64,000 nt of DNA from Octopus vulgaris (GCA_951406725.2 OX597832.1:53816001-53880000), one strand, 5' to 3'. Numbered from the stretch's first letter, positions 39,137-52,300 are shown. The notes: generated from the letters alone by a model not told the origin. Numbers and translations: made by a program.

Positions 39137-39966
39137 ACTCCCCATATTACGAAAACACCATAGCACCACACTCTTCCTTAACATGAGCATCACTCAGACT
39201 TTTCACAGTCACTCCAGATTTTTGACTTGACTATAGCTAAGCCCACTTTGGAGCCAGAAAATATTTCGGGCCCCAACACCTACTGACACTCCAAAAGACT
39301 TGAGTGAAGCCTAAAATTGAGTACCACTCCAACATCAGGAATGATACTACTGACATCCTGGACACCATTCCAAGATGGGACCTCAGCTAATTGATATTCC
39401 GTCACTTCTGTCTCTGACTCCCCCATATACGAAAACACCATAGCACCACACTCTTCCTTAACATGAGTATCACTCAGACTTTTCACAGTCACTCCAGATT
39501 TTTGACTTGACTATAGCTAAGCCCACTTTGGAGCCAGAAAATATTTCAGGCCCCAACAGCTACTGACACTCCAAAAGACTTGAGTGGAGCCTAAAATTGA
39601 GTACCACTCCAACATCAGGAATGATACTCCAGGGATTCCCCGACTTGCGCGAGCCAACTTTTGATACCGAGTGTTCAGGTTGCACGAGTTGTATTTTCGA
39701 CTTGCACTTGTTGTAAAAATACTTATTATCCATGGTTGCATTGCCTTGTCTGTTATCTTTCTCCAAGTGTTTCTTTAATATAACAATATTTAGCAGTTAT
39801 CCCGGAAAATATTTATAGAAGACAATATCTGGTATTTGACTTGTGCGAATTTCGAATTGCGTGTCCCCCAATTACTCACGCAAGTCGAGGAATCCCTGTA
39901 CTGACATCCTGGACACCATTCCAAGATGGGACCTCAGCTAATTGATATTCCGTCACTTCTGTCTCT
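39137..39966. repeat. Tandem duplication, 2 x ~280 bp; the second unit is interrupted by a MITE
   Basis: actccccatat..cgaaaacaccatagc starts at 39137 and 39417. Confidence 0.88.
39630..39898. mobile_element. Tc1/mariner-type MITE
   Basis: TIR cagggattcc(c/t)cgacttgcg. The empty site (gatactactgac, ~39343) in the first repeat unit shows insertion at a TA. Confidence 0.8.
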
Positions 39967-40656
39967 GGCCCCACAGCTGCACTGTCTCTGCTGTCTTTCT
40001 CTTTTCTATCCCTATTATAACAGCCTTATCTCCTCAATGTTGGCCGATCCACTCATTTCTCCACCACGACAAAATTCCATCATGGCTTTCATTCTCATGT
40101 GATTCATGCATTCAACTACAATTTTAAAGCCCAATTATTTCATCAACCTACATTATTTCCTTTCTATTGCTCAGCTATATTTCTTTATTATTCCAGTTCT
40201 CTCTGTTATTTACATTAGTCTGGCCTAATTCTTATTTATTTGAATAAACAAAGTAAGATCATGTGGATAGTTTTATTGAAACTTCTACCTTTGTTTTATG
40301 ACTTAGGTTTGATTGATCAGGTGTCAGTTTAACGTGATACACAGGTTCCTCCAAAAGAACTTCTAGAGTAATGTTAGTCAAAAGGGTACATAGCTAAGAG
40401 ATCAGGGTGTCTCTTCCAACTGAGCCACTACTTCCCTGCTTCGAGGGGTTACAGCTCTGGTGCTATTGTCATGTGATTAGAATGTCACAAAAAAGAATTA
40501 CAAGATGAATTCTTCAAGCTAAGCCAACCAGCAGGAGACAAAGGGGTAGATGTTTTTGATACCACCTTGTACACATACAACTTTGTAACTCCTGTTAGCA
40601 AATGAAACATCTGTAATGGTGAATGAATAATACCAAAAAATTATTTCCAATCTCCT

Positions 40657-40692
<36 letters not shown>

Positions 40693-42872
40693 TAATCATC
40701 TTTTAATATCCATTGTTCGTGCTGGCATGGGTTGCATGGTTTAAGCAAGGCTGGTAAGCTGAGGGGCTGCAGTAGACTCCAGTCTGATTTGGCTTGGTTT
40801 CTTCGGATGGATGCCCTTCCTAATTCCAACCACACTGAGAGTGTAATGGGTGCTTTTGCATGACACCAGTATGTGCCACAACTAAAATTTCACTTGGCTT
40901 GATGGGTCTTCTCCCCTGGCACGGCATATTGCCTAAGGTCTCAGTCATTTGTCATTGCCCCCATGAGGCCCAATGCGCTAAAGGTACTTTTTACATGCCA
41001 CCAGCACAGGTGCCAGTTATGCAACGCTGGCATCGGCCACATTGCTTCTGTAAGGCCCAACACTTGACAGGTGCTTTCTACATGCCACCAAGCATGGGTG
41101 CCAGATGCCTCCATGAGGCCCAACACATGAAAGGTACTTTTTACATGCCAATGGCACTGGTGTCAGTTATGCAATACTGGCATTGGCCTCCTTGCCTCCG
41201 TGCGACCCAATGCTCAACAGGTGCTTTTTACGTACCACATATAATGTGCGTATATGTATGTATACTAAAATGTTATACAGCAGTCAAGGGTGAAACTATA
41301 ATGAACATTAAATGATGATGATTGTGTGTGTGTGCATATATATAGTGTAAGGCGGCGAGCTGGCAGACACGTTAGCACGCCGGGCGAAATGCTTAGCAGT
41401 AATTCGTCTGTCGTTATGTTCCAAGTTCAAATTCCGCCGAGGTCGACTTTGCCTTTCATCCTTTTGGGGTCGATAAATAAAGTACCAGTTTCGCACTGGG
41501 ATCGATGTAATCGAATTAATCCCTTTGTCCGTCCTTGTTTTAGCCCCTTGTGGGCAGTAAAGAAATATATATATATATATATAGTACATATAAAGACTAC
41601 CTCCACAAAACAAAAAGGTTAAAATCCCTAATATATTAATCAAACTGCTTGTAGACCAATGAACACCTAGATAGAAACATACAACCTTTACTTAAATACT
41701 TTGGTGAAAATCAAAGCACATGCAAAACAACTTTCTGTACTAACAAAGCCATGACATGCCTGATTAATAACTCCAACCTCACAAATGAAAACAAGAAATA
41801 CCCTAGATAACAACAACAAGTAAAGAATTGACTGGCTTAACCCTTAAACATTCAGATTACTCTATCAAACGTAATGTTTATTTTATCCCCATTGTATTGA
41901 TTTAACCATGCATTATCTCATAGCTTGAGGTTTCCAAAAGGTGACTGTTTATTTTTAGAATGACATTGTAGAATAGGTGTGAGAGACTACACATGGCCAA
42001 TTATATGGCGGCGAGCTGGCAGAACCGTTAGCACGCCGGGTGAATGCGTAGCTGTATTTCGTCTGTCATTACGTTCTGAGTTCACATTCCGCCGAGGACT
42101 ACTTTGCCTTTCATCCTTTTGGGGTCGATAAATTAAGTACCAGTTATGCACTGGGGTCAATGTAATCGACTTAATCCATTTGTCTGTCCTTGTTTGTCCC
42201 CTCTGTGTTTAGCCCCTTGTGGGTAGTAAAGAAATATACACATGGCAAATTTGAATGTCAAAACAGATAGAATATTCGGGCTGGATATGATCGGTTTAAA
42301 TGGTAAAGAGTTTAAACTTATCACCAACATCCTTTTGGAACACAAAGTTGACACACCCAATTACAAATGGCTTAAATACTGGACTTTGTACCTTTGATTT
42401 TTACATTGTCAGAGCAAAAGGATTAAATCCAACAATACCAAGAGCAACAAAATTACTCTCACACCTCCTGTCTACCTGACAAAATTCCACATGCATGAAT
42501 GAATTCTTAACACTAACATAACCCCAAATTTAATCAATTAAAAAATTTTCCCAAACACTTGTCCATGACAACCTACCACAAAAGCCTAATTACCACCCAA
42601 CTCAAACCCACACACTCAAAGAAAATATATGAAGTTCAAACTAACTCTAATAAAGGTCTCCCTCCTTACCTAATGTCTTGGCTAGCAAAAACTTCGAAGT
42701 CACAGTCAACAACATTCTTGTTTAAGAATAATAAATTTGTACTCTACAAAAGTACAGAGTAATCCATCAGATTAAAGTAAAACTGTTTTTAATATAACTG
42801 AACATAAAAACAAACAATATATTACATGTATGTATACTAAAATATAATACAAATTAGTGGTGATTGTGTGTG

Positions 42873-42912
<40 letters not shown>

Positions 42913-44537
42913 TGTATGTATAAACACAAACATACCTGTTATAGTTTGTAGGGTAACAACTATGAACAGCAAGACAAATCCATCTCGTTTCTTTAACATC
43001 TTTGTTAAGACTTATCCAAATACAGACTTGACTGAGGATTGATTTCAGATTTGTATTGGGCAAGTTTTTACAATAATATCCACAGAAAGAGTTTACAAAC
43101 AGCTGAGAAAAGCAAGCAAGTTGTGCAGAATAAGTTATTTTTGAAAGTATTGATTTTTTTCTTTTATTAACGAGAAGTTGAAATTACTTTACATCTTCAC
43201 CTGAAACACTTTATATTGACTTTTTATGGTTGTATTTGTCTTCACAGTGAAACATGACACAAAGGAAACTAGCAAACAAAACAATGTCAACAGACTGGTT
43301 TCTATAGTGAGATGGTTTGAAGTTTGGTAGGACAAAATTAATTACCTTCATTTGACCCATGCAGGCATGGAAAAGTGGACATTAAAATTGTGGTCATGGT
43401 GGTGATGATTGAATGAGGTGAGCGGGATGAAGTAGAGTTTTGAAGTGAAATGGACCCAATGGATAGTTCAACAGCTGAAATAAGCAAATAAAAGGAAAAA
43501 TTGATAAAGGAATAAACCAATGGGAGACTGCGATTGTATGATGCATAAATAGTATCTATAAAAGTAGCCTTTGAGGACTCAGTTATTTTTGGTGTTGTAG
43601 ACGGAGTAGGAATGAGAGTTTGTGGACGTCTTTAGAATAATAATGTAAAAGTTCAACAATCAGACATTCTGCATGGATGGATGTTTAGTGCTGAAAGCTG
43701 GGATGTGGAGCCAGGGTTCACCTTCACCCTGTGTCAATCGATGATGATCATGTACGAGTCAGTCACCATGCATCCCTTCCCTGGTCATACACTGCAAACA
43801 CCTACTTACTATATCACCATATTCTTTCATTTGAAGTTCACAGCCGTTGTATAAGCAACATGACTACACTTAGATTGACAACACTTAGATTGTGACAGTT
43901 TATATTTTATTTCATAATAATGTGTTGGCCATAGGAAGTTGATGCCTAGAGTTCATGACAGTTCATCTTGTTTTATGTCCAGACGCCATATGGTTTTTAT
44001 GTTGAAGTAATGAGATGCATTCCAATATAGAACATAGACAAGGCAGCGAGTTGGTAGAATTGTTTGTACACTGGACTAAAGCCTGGTAGCATTTTTGTCT
44101 GTCTTTACGTTCTGAATTCGAATTCTGCTGAGGTTGACTTTACTGTCCATCCTTTCGGGGTCGATAAAAAAAGTACCAGTTGAGCACTGGAGGGTCAAAG
44201 TAATCAACTTAAAACCCTCCCTTGAAATCGCTGGTCTTGTGGCAGAATTTGAAACCAAAATAAAAACATGGATATAGATGTAGATGTCTTGATTGTAAGG
44301 TCTTGGTGTTTGATATAGGGGTTGAAGAGAAAAGGGATATTAGAGAAAGGGAAGGGGATTATAGTATGCATTCATCCCCTAATATGGAGATTGTTGGAGT
44401 CATTAGGGTGTTCAGTGGATATATTAATGTTGGTGGGGATGGGGTTTGAGAAAACAAGGGAGATAACTTATACTTACCACAGCCACTATCATCGTTTAAC
44501 GCCTGCCTTCCATGCTGACATCTCTCTCTCTCTCTCC

Positions 44538-44569
<32 letters not shown>

Positions 44570-45021
44570 CTACCAATCTATCTATCTGGCGTTATGAAGG
44601 GCATCCAGCTGTAGAAACACTGCCAGATCAGACTGGGCCTGGTGCAGCCTCCTGGCTTCCCAGACCCCAGTCGAACCATCCAACGCATGCTAGCATGGAA
44701 AGCGTACGTTAAACGATGATGATGATCCATGTGTGTGTGTATGAGTGTATCAGCAGTATCATCATTATCTTGATCAGTATTATTGCTTTAATGTCTACTT
44801 TTCCATGCTTGCATGCATTGTTGTCATCATCATCATCATCAGTCTCTGGATATTAGTGTCTTGAGTCATGGAACATTACCCTCCCCACAAATTGCTGCCC
44901 TTGTGACAAAATTTGAAACCATTATTATTGAGTGAGAGAGCAGTGCATGCCATCAAAGTGACACTGGGGTAAAAATATACGAAGCCCAGTATACCCATCA
45001 TGACTACCTATCTGATAAGGG

Positions 45022-46151
45022 TGCAGCATACCCTTAGTGAAATCCTCTCTCTCTGACATATATAACATAAATATGGTCGTAGCAGATAACAGCTAATCTT
45101 TGGCCGCTTAGGCCCAGTTGTGTCCACTACTCTGATTGACTGGTATTGGCGCAGTTTGTCTCTTGCTGTATTATGCAACACTGTCCAAACCAACCAATCG
45201 CAATTTCTGATAAGGTCCCGTGACACAGTCTTCTAAATGCTCCGTTTGAGCCTATAATTTGCTATAAAAGCTTCAGCGATTCACCCTATCTTATCTTTGG
45301 CTCTAGACCTTCTAAGGTCTAGTCACTGACCACAGAGCGACACAGCCAGTTCCCGCAACAGACAACACCAGCAGCATTTCAGGACTTCTACCATCATCGC
45401 TTTCATCTTAACGATGCCTCTATCTCTGTCGCCTTCATCTTAATGTCGTCTCCACCACCGTTGCCTTCATCTTAACGACGACACCAACATCAATATGTAC
45501 ACAGCAACTCGCCCAGGTTTAACTTCCCACTGTTTGTGAATACTTCCCCATGGTTAACAGTAAGCTCAACCTGCGAGAACCTTCTGTACCAAGTAACCCA
45601 GCACAGCATAGAAGCCACAACCTCTAAACGACATGTAGTAACTGGCTCTGCCTTGCTTGCCTCAACCTCATTGTTACAGAACCAATACTGTGGTGCAATT
45701 TACTATGAACTGGTATTATCTATCTTCAGTGTGTCTGAACTTCTAACGCCCTGATATGGACTTTCTATTGCTCTGTATTTTATCTCACACGCATACACCC
45801 TTGTTTGTACACACATACACATTATATATGCTTGACAGCCTGTCTACTATTATTGTTCTTATGTACTTATGGCAAACACACAGACAAACTCAGCTAGCAC
45901 TCATACACGTTATTGTATGCATGGCGGTTTGTTTATTACTATTGTTCTTATATATGTATTTATGTAGAACACACACTCTGCTACCACATAAATAAAACCT
46001 TTCTCTTAACATTTATGGTTGTGTCGCCTCCTTATTCTTTCTGGCACTCTTATTCATATATCCATATTTTGGCTTTTATTCCAAGGTGACCATGCAGTGT
46101 TTAAAGGAGTCATTCATTCGTCACCTCTCCTTTTCGCGTGGTCCTTCTGCA
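45022..46151 (+). mobile_element. Solo LTR (probably Gypsy-type) inserted in a SINE-like repeat
   Basis: TGCAG...CTGCA termini with the 4-bp TSD aggg (45018-45021 and 46152-46155). TATAAAA at ~45263 and AATAAA at ~45990. Confidence 0.8.
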
Positions 46152-46642
46152 AGGGTACACTAGGCACATGCATCACAACCATGTGTGCGACATGGTGATC
46201 TCATATCAAGATAAACAGCACATGACCTTGCAGGTGGGGCCCAGTTAGAATTTTCTTCTGGTTGAGTAACCCATCCTGCTCAAAAGGTCCCTGAATAAGG
46301 GCTGTTTAATGATGTTGAACGAAACACCCATGTTTCCAGAGGTGAATTATTCAAACACCAAAGGATCCCTCTCAACACATGGCTATGATGCTCCCTCACT
46401 ACTTCTGCTCGTGATCAGAGATGCACATATCGTCAGCCACTAAGGGACATGCTCAACTCGTTAAGGTCAAACAAATGACAAGCAAATCTGTGGTATTGAG
46501 CAGAATATTTGCTGTAGCCCATCTTTTATACCAAGACAAAACAATGTACACGATAATACTTCCAATCAGTTAAGATCAGAAGCCACTGCCTGGTACTGCA
46601 TCAGGGCATCTTCTTCTTCTTATTATTATTAAAGGTAGGCGA

Positions 46643-47220
46643 AGGCGGCAAGCTGGCAGAGTCATTAGCATGCCGGGCGAAATGCTTAGCGATATTTCGT
46701 CAGCTGCTACGTTCTGAGTTCAAATTCAGCCGAGGTCAATTTTGCCTTTCATCCTTTCGGGATCAATTAAATAAGTACTAATTACGCACTTGATTATCAT
46801 ATAATAGACTTAATCCGTTTGTCTGTCCTCTCTGTGTTTAGCCCCTTGTGGGTAGTAAAGAAATAGGTATTTCGTCTGCTGCTACGTTCTGAGTTCAAAT
46901 TCCGCCGAGGTCGACTTTGCCTTTCATCCTTTCGGGGTCAATTAAATAAGTACCAGTTACGCACTGGGATTGATATGATTGACTTAATTCGTTTGTCTGT
47001 CCTTGTTTGTCCTCTCTGTGTTTAGCCCCTTGTGGGTAGTAAAGAAATAGGTATTTCGTCTGCCACTACGTTCTGAGTTCAAATTTCTATTGAGGTTGAT
47101 TTTGCCTTTCATCCTTTCGGGGTCGATAAATTGAGTACCAATGAAACACTGAGGTGTAAGCAACTATACTCCTCCCCACAAATTTAAGGCCTTGTGCCAA
47201 TAATAGAAAGGATTATTATT
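46643..47220 (+). mobile_element. SINE family A as a tandem trimer of ~185-bp units (similar array on - at 60338-60738)
   Basis: The segment tatttcgtctgc..tacgttctgagttcaaatt occurs three times. The first two copies end in gtagtaaagaaatagg. Confidence 0.8.
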
Positions 47221-47593
47221 AAAGGTGGGTGAATGTCAGAAAAATGGCCGGTGTGAAAGGACCCATTTTGAGTATGCGCCTGTGAAAAACAAGAGAAGGG
47301 CTCCTGCCCTGTTGGTCAGGAACCCGTGGTTTTTGTGGGGTTTTCCACGAGTAGCCTTAAAATGTCCCCCCACTATTGGGTATTTTATTTGTTCAATTTT
47401 CAAACTGTCTTATGTTAAAACCCCGTGCCGACCAAAGTCTTGTGAGCAGATTTGGTAGATAGAAATTTTGAGTTCATAGAAGCCCATCATGTGTGTGTGT
47501 GTCTATCTATGTGAATGTTCGTTTCCCACCACCGCTTATTTATTGGTGCTGGTTTGTTGTTTAGGTCCCAGCAATATAGTGGTTCGGCAAATG

Positions 47594-48428
47594 GGATCTT
47601 TTCGGTTTGAATGGCAGTTTTTTCTAGTGGTGTCATATGAAATTGTCACCCATAATTATGACCCTATTATCGATCTATTGCATTTCAATCTATTTTAGGG
47701 TTAGAGTTAGAGTTAGTTAGGGTTAGGGGAAGGGTATCTTTTTTGGTTTGGCATCAGTTACAGCTGAGTGCGGTAAGTGTTGTTTTGTCTTAATGAAAAT
47801 GAACCTTCATTCACCCCCCCTTTCATCCTCTCACAATCAAGATAGTCACCTTTCTTTTGCTAATTCTTCTCTGCCAGTATTTCCCAACCTATTTTCTATC
47901 ACGCACCACTATAATTTTCCAGCAAAATGTATGCTTCACTGGTGGTTATACCTTCCTTAAAGAAATATCCACACTAGAGTATTAGAATAGCACTATTCTG
48001 GGATCTTTTCGGTTTGAACGGCAGTTTTTTCTAGCGGTGTCATATGAAATTGTCACCCATAATTATGACCCTAGTATCGATCTATTGCATTTCAATCTGT
48101 TTTAGGGTTAGGGTAAGGGTTAAGGTTAGAGTGGGGGGAAGGGTATCTTTTTTTCTTCACAAATGTAAATAAACCCAATCTGTTTCTTAAACGAGGGACA
48201 TATTCATACGGCACAGAATGTTTTCACCTCAATAGACGTTATTGATCGGTTGAAATTGCAGAAATTGAAGAAAAAAAACAACAAATATCTTACAAACTAT
48301 AGAATTTTCTCAATAGAGCCAAGAGAAAAAGATGTTTTATAAACACATTCTACCAGTATACGAAGTTTAAAAGTGTTTAGTTACGTGGAAATTATTTTAA
48401 AAAACTGCCGGTCAAACCGAAAAGATCC
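47594..48428. mobile_element. Composite Merlin-type MITE carrying a captured SLC25A30 exon/intron fragment
   Basis: Outer TIRs with the 8-bp TSD ggcaaatg. Inside: a partial MITE (47594-47743), a copy of 58300-58572 (47744-48000), and a full MITE (48001-48428). Confidence 0.88.
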
Positions 48429-49156
48429 GGCAAATGACCAACAGAATAAGTCCCAGACTTTAAAAAAAATAATAAATACTGGAGTCGATTTTACGACTAA
48501 AACCTTCGAGGTGGTGCTCCAACATAGTCGCAGTCCAACGCTTAAAACGGATAAATGATGAATTGATTATTTATTCACTATAAATGTTGGATGTACTTTA
48601 GTAAACAACGCCACGCTTTAGAGACGAACCGGTGTATAATAAGAAAAGGTAGCAACGTAAAAATATACCGTGTAAACAGTGAAAGTTGAAATGACATTTA
48701 AACTTAGTAATCTAATTCCAATAAAACTTCGTGTCTAGGAAGTAGAACTGAGGAGTGTGGTGGACAAACGAGGCATGCCAAAGACTAGAGTGTCCTTAGA
48801 AAGCATCGTAAAAAAGACAAAGAAAAAGGGATTCTTTTGAATGAAAATTTTTTACAAATATTTTTCAGCTGGTGTAGGTGTGTAGATCATAATTATATCG
48901 GAAGAATGTGAAAAAAAAAAAAAAAAAAAGGTAAGGGCGCACACGCATATATACTGACAAATATCACATGAATAATTGGATAATTACATAATGAAACTTG
49001 AAATTCTCAACCATTTTTCACTTTTAGAACCTTGATTCCTATTTTTCTTTGCAGGACCACTCCCCACTAACCATTCGCTGTTAAAAAAAATCCTATTATA
49101 TTTTTATAATTAGATATTATTAGGAATTGGGTAAAAAAAAATTTGCTAAAATGTTT

Positions 49157-49325
49157 GGATCTTTTCCTTTTGAACGACGAAATATCTTACAAACTATAGA
49201 ATTTTCTCAATAAAGCCAAGAAAAAAATGATGTTTTATAAACACATTCTACCAGTATACGAAGTTTAAAAGTGTTTAGTTAGCTAGAAATTGTGTTGACA
49301 TGTGCCGTTCAAAAGGAAAAGATCC
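49157..49325. mobile_element. Internally deleted MITE related to the ggatcttttc family
   Basis: TIR ggatcttttccttttgaacg, TSD aaatg(t/c)tt. Confidence 0.75.
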
Positions 49326-52300
49326 AAATGCTTTGTGTATTGTAGAAGTATAAGCAATTTATTGCACATATATTTGAACAAAATCTTTTATGGACCCCCA
49401 GTTCAGAACAATAATTGATCAATACTATCAGAAAGAGACTTGTAGAAAATTTCATTAAAAAAATATCCTCAATTTTTCTTAATGTTATGCGGGATGATTG
49501 GAATCTACATCATCTGAAAAGTATTTGTGGAAAATTTCTTCCAAAAATATCCATTTTTTCTAAAGTTACGATGAAACAGTGAGTGGGGTACGTTTATGTA
49601 GTTATGCATAGGTCGTTTCGCTATAATTAGTCCGTACGTGAACTGGTACATCACTTTCACACCAACCACGTGGACAATAACTTCCGTCTTTGATCTCCGC
49701 TTTAATTAAGAAAGCACCCTTGCATTCGTCTCGCACTTCGCATAGCACGGTGAGCTTCCTTATTTACATTACGAATCTCCTCATATAGACGGAATTATTT
49801 CTATTGTCATTGCTTTTAATTTTGTGAATGTTTTCTATTGTCGTTGCTTTAAATTTCGTGTATTATTTAATTTCTTTTGTCATTGCTTTTAATTTTGTGA
49901 TTTTTATTTACAGTCAAAACACTACAAGTCATAATTGATTAAACACGTTTATTTTATTTTTGAAATGTAAACTTTCTGGAGTACCCCCTCCGATTTTGTT
50001 TCCTCATAACTTCCAGAAAGATGGGTATTTTCTAATGAAATTTTCTATAGTTATTTTCCAAGGGATGTAGATTACAATTGTATTGGAATTTTAATGCGAA
50101 AAAAGAAGAAAAAAATTGGTTTTCGTGCATACAAAACGAACATTTATAATTTTCCTTAAAATTTGAAGTTTCATTTTATAGATATATACAAGGGGGTGGG
50201 GTGCTGAAAAGTTCTTGGCTTTCGAGGTGTCGCGAAAGGCAGGGCTTAAAAAAACCCTGAAGAACCGCCTGCAATAGGTGTATGAATCTGCGAGGGGAAT
50301 TATGTTGAATAAAACCGTAATTAACTGATCCTCTTGTATTTTCTTTTACCCAAAACCAGGAACTTTCCAATACCCCCACGTATATGTAATGTTCTTCAGT
50401 ATGTATATTTGTGTGCCCACCAATTTTTGTTTCTTTTACACATTAAATTAATATATAAACGTAAAATCCCTACCACCTGAAAGGTTTTCGAGGAAAATTT
50501 CATTGAAAGAAATCTATTTTCCCGAAAGTTATAAGGAAACAAAGTAGAGGAAGGAGCGGCACACTTGTGGAAGCAAACCTTTTTGTTTTACTCTTTTTAA
50601 GATATTAATTATTGCTGTTCTTTTAAATGATGTTTGGTCCTTCGTTTGCGAATTTCTTCTATAGGCCTATCTATGCCATTTCGTTTTAATTTAATTAGTT
50701 GCTGTATCCTGTTTTGAAACCGTCTACGTGTCCCAATAAATCGATAGAATTCCATTTGATTCAGTTATTAAGAGGAGTAATTATGTACTTTAAAGATTTG
50801 CTGAAATTATTGACATAGATGTACTTTTAGTTACAGCAATTAGTAAGCTACTGAAAACATTAAATTGATAACACTCCCTTTTTTTCTGGTTGTTTTATTT
50901 CTGTGCATTTTCATTACCTATTTCTTTATTACTCACAAGGGGCTAAACACAGAGGGGGACAAACAAGGACAGACATAGGTATTAAGTCGATTACATCGAC
51001 CCCAGTGCGTAACTGGTACTTAATTTATCGACCCCGAAAGGATGAAAGGGCAAGTCGACCTCGACGGAATTTGAACTCACAACGTAACGACAGACGAAAT
51101 ACGGCTACGCATATCGCCCGGCGTGCTAACGTTTCTGCCAGCTCGCCGCCTTCCCATTCCTGACCACCACCTCATTTTACATTGAAAATATAGTCAAACA
51201 GGGAGGTTGCTAACAATCGCCCAGCCTGCTAGAAATAACAGTTAAGTCTATTCTAAATCACATTACTATGGTAGAAAAGAAAAGAAAAAAAAATCACATT
51301 GTAATTGGCTATTGTAATCCTACGTGCATTAATACCACAAAGCACCTTGGTTGTCACAGGTGAAGCACCTTGGGCCACAAGTCTGCACCAGAGCTTGGGG
51401 CTAAACGACATTTGCGTACTACACCAATTACGCCAATATTCTTAAGCTGGTGAAGGTCAGACCGGTCTGCTTCTTTCCATTTGGCACCCGTCCAAAGTTT
51501 CTAAGGTCATTCACATATTGAGTAAAGAACCTACGCAATTTCCTGACTCGCTAGAAACATCAGCCAAATCTCTTCACATGAAGTGTGTATGAAGGGATTT
51601 GACAGTAGAGCGTTATGTCATACATTCTGTTCTCTTAAAAAAGGGGAGAAAGTACATGAGATGGGGTAGTTCCTGATATAAAAGAAAAAAAAGATGTGTG
51701 GCGGGAAATAAGTTTGGTCGCGACTGAAACGCCTCTGGTCATAAGTTTTCACCAACGAGGGAACGTCTTTGTGCTGGGTTAACTTGCTAGAAACAGCAGC
51801 CAAATTTCCCTTAAATTACATCAATGGATACGTAAAAGGTGGGGGACCGACTTGCCCTGACTTGTTCGAGCAAAGCTGGACGTGGAAGCTTCAACATCGA
51901 CGAATGTTAGTAATATGTCTCTTAATTAAAATATTACTGTTATCTAGATTTTGGGCATATCTGCATAACTGTACCTCCTCGACATCGACTTTATTTCCTC
52001 ATATCTTCCAGGATACCCTCTCTCTCTTTTACTCTTTTACTTGTTTCAGTCATTTGACTGCGGCCATGCTGGAGCACCGCCTTTAGTCGAGTAAATCGAC
52101 CCCGGAACTTATTCTTTGTAAGCCCAGTACTTATTCTATCGGTCTCTTTTGCCGAACCGCTAAGTGACAGGGACATAAACACACCAGCATCGGTTGTCAA
52201 GCAATGCTACCGGGACAAACACAGACACACAAACACATACACACACACACACACACACATACATACACACACGACAAGCTTCTTTCAGTTTCCGTCTACC

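Larger units (their letters stand above)
29173..44471 (-). repeat. Right arm of the large inverted duplication, with arm-specific insertions
   Basis: See the left-arm matches. Arm-specific blocks lie at ~30190-32160 and ~37565-42530. Confidence 0.88.

Noticed and set aside
41308-41643. Recurrent short ORFs containing RPRKDERQSRPRRNLNS or DPERMKGKVD
   Set aside because: They are translations of the abundant SINE family A, not proteins.
47748-47960. ORF starting (L)ASVTAECG as a second carrier gene
   Set aside because: Only ~10 codons of captured exon followed by intron sequence, inside a MITE.
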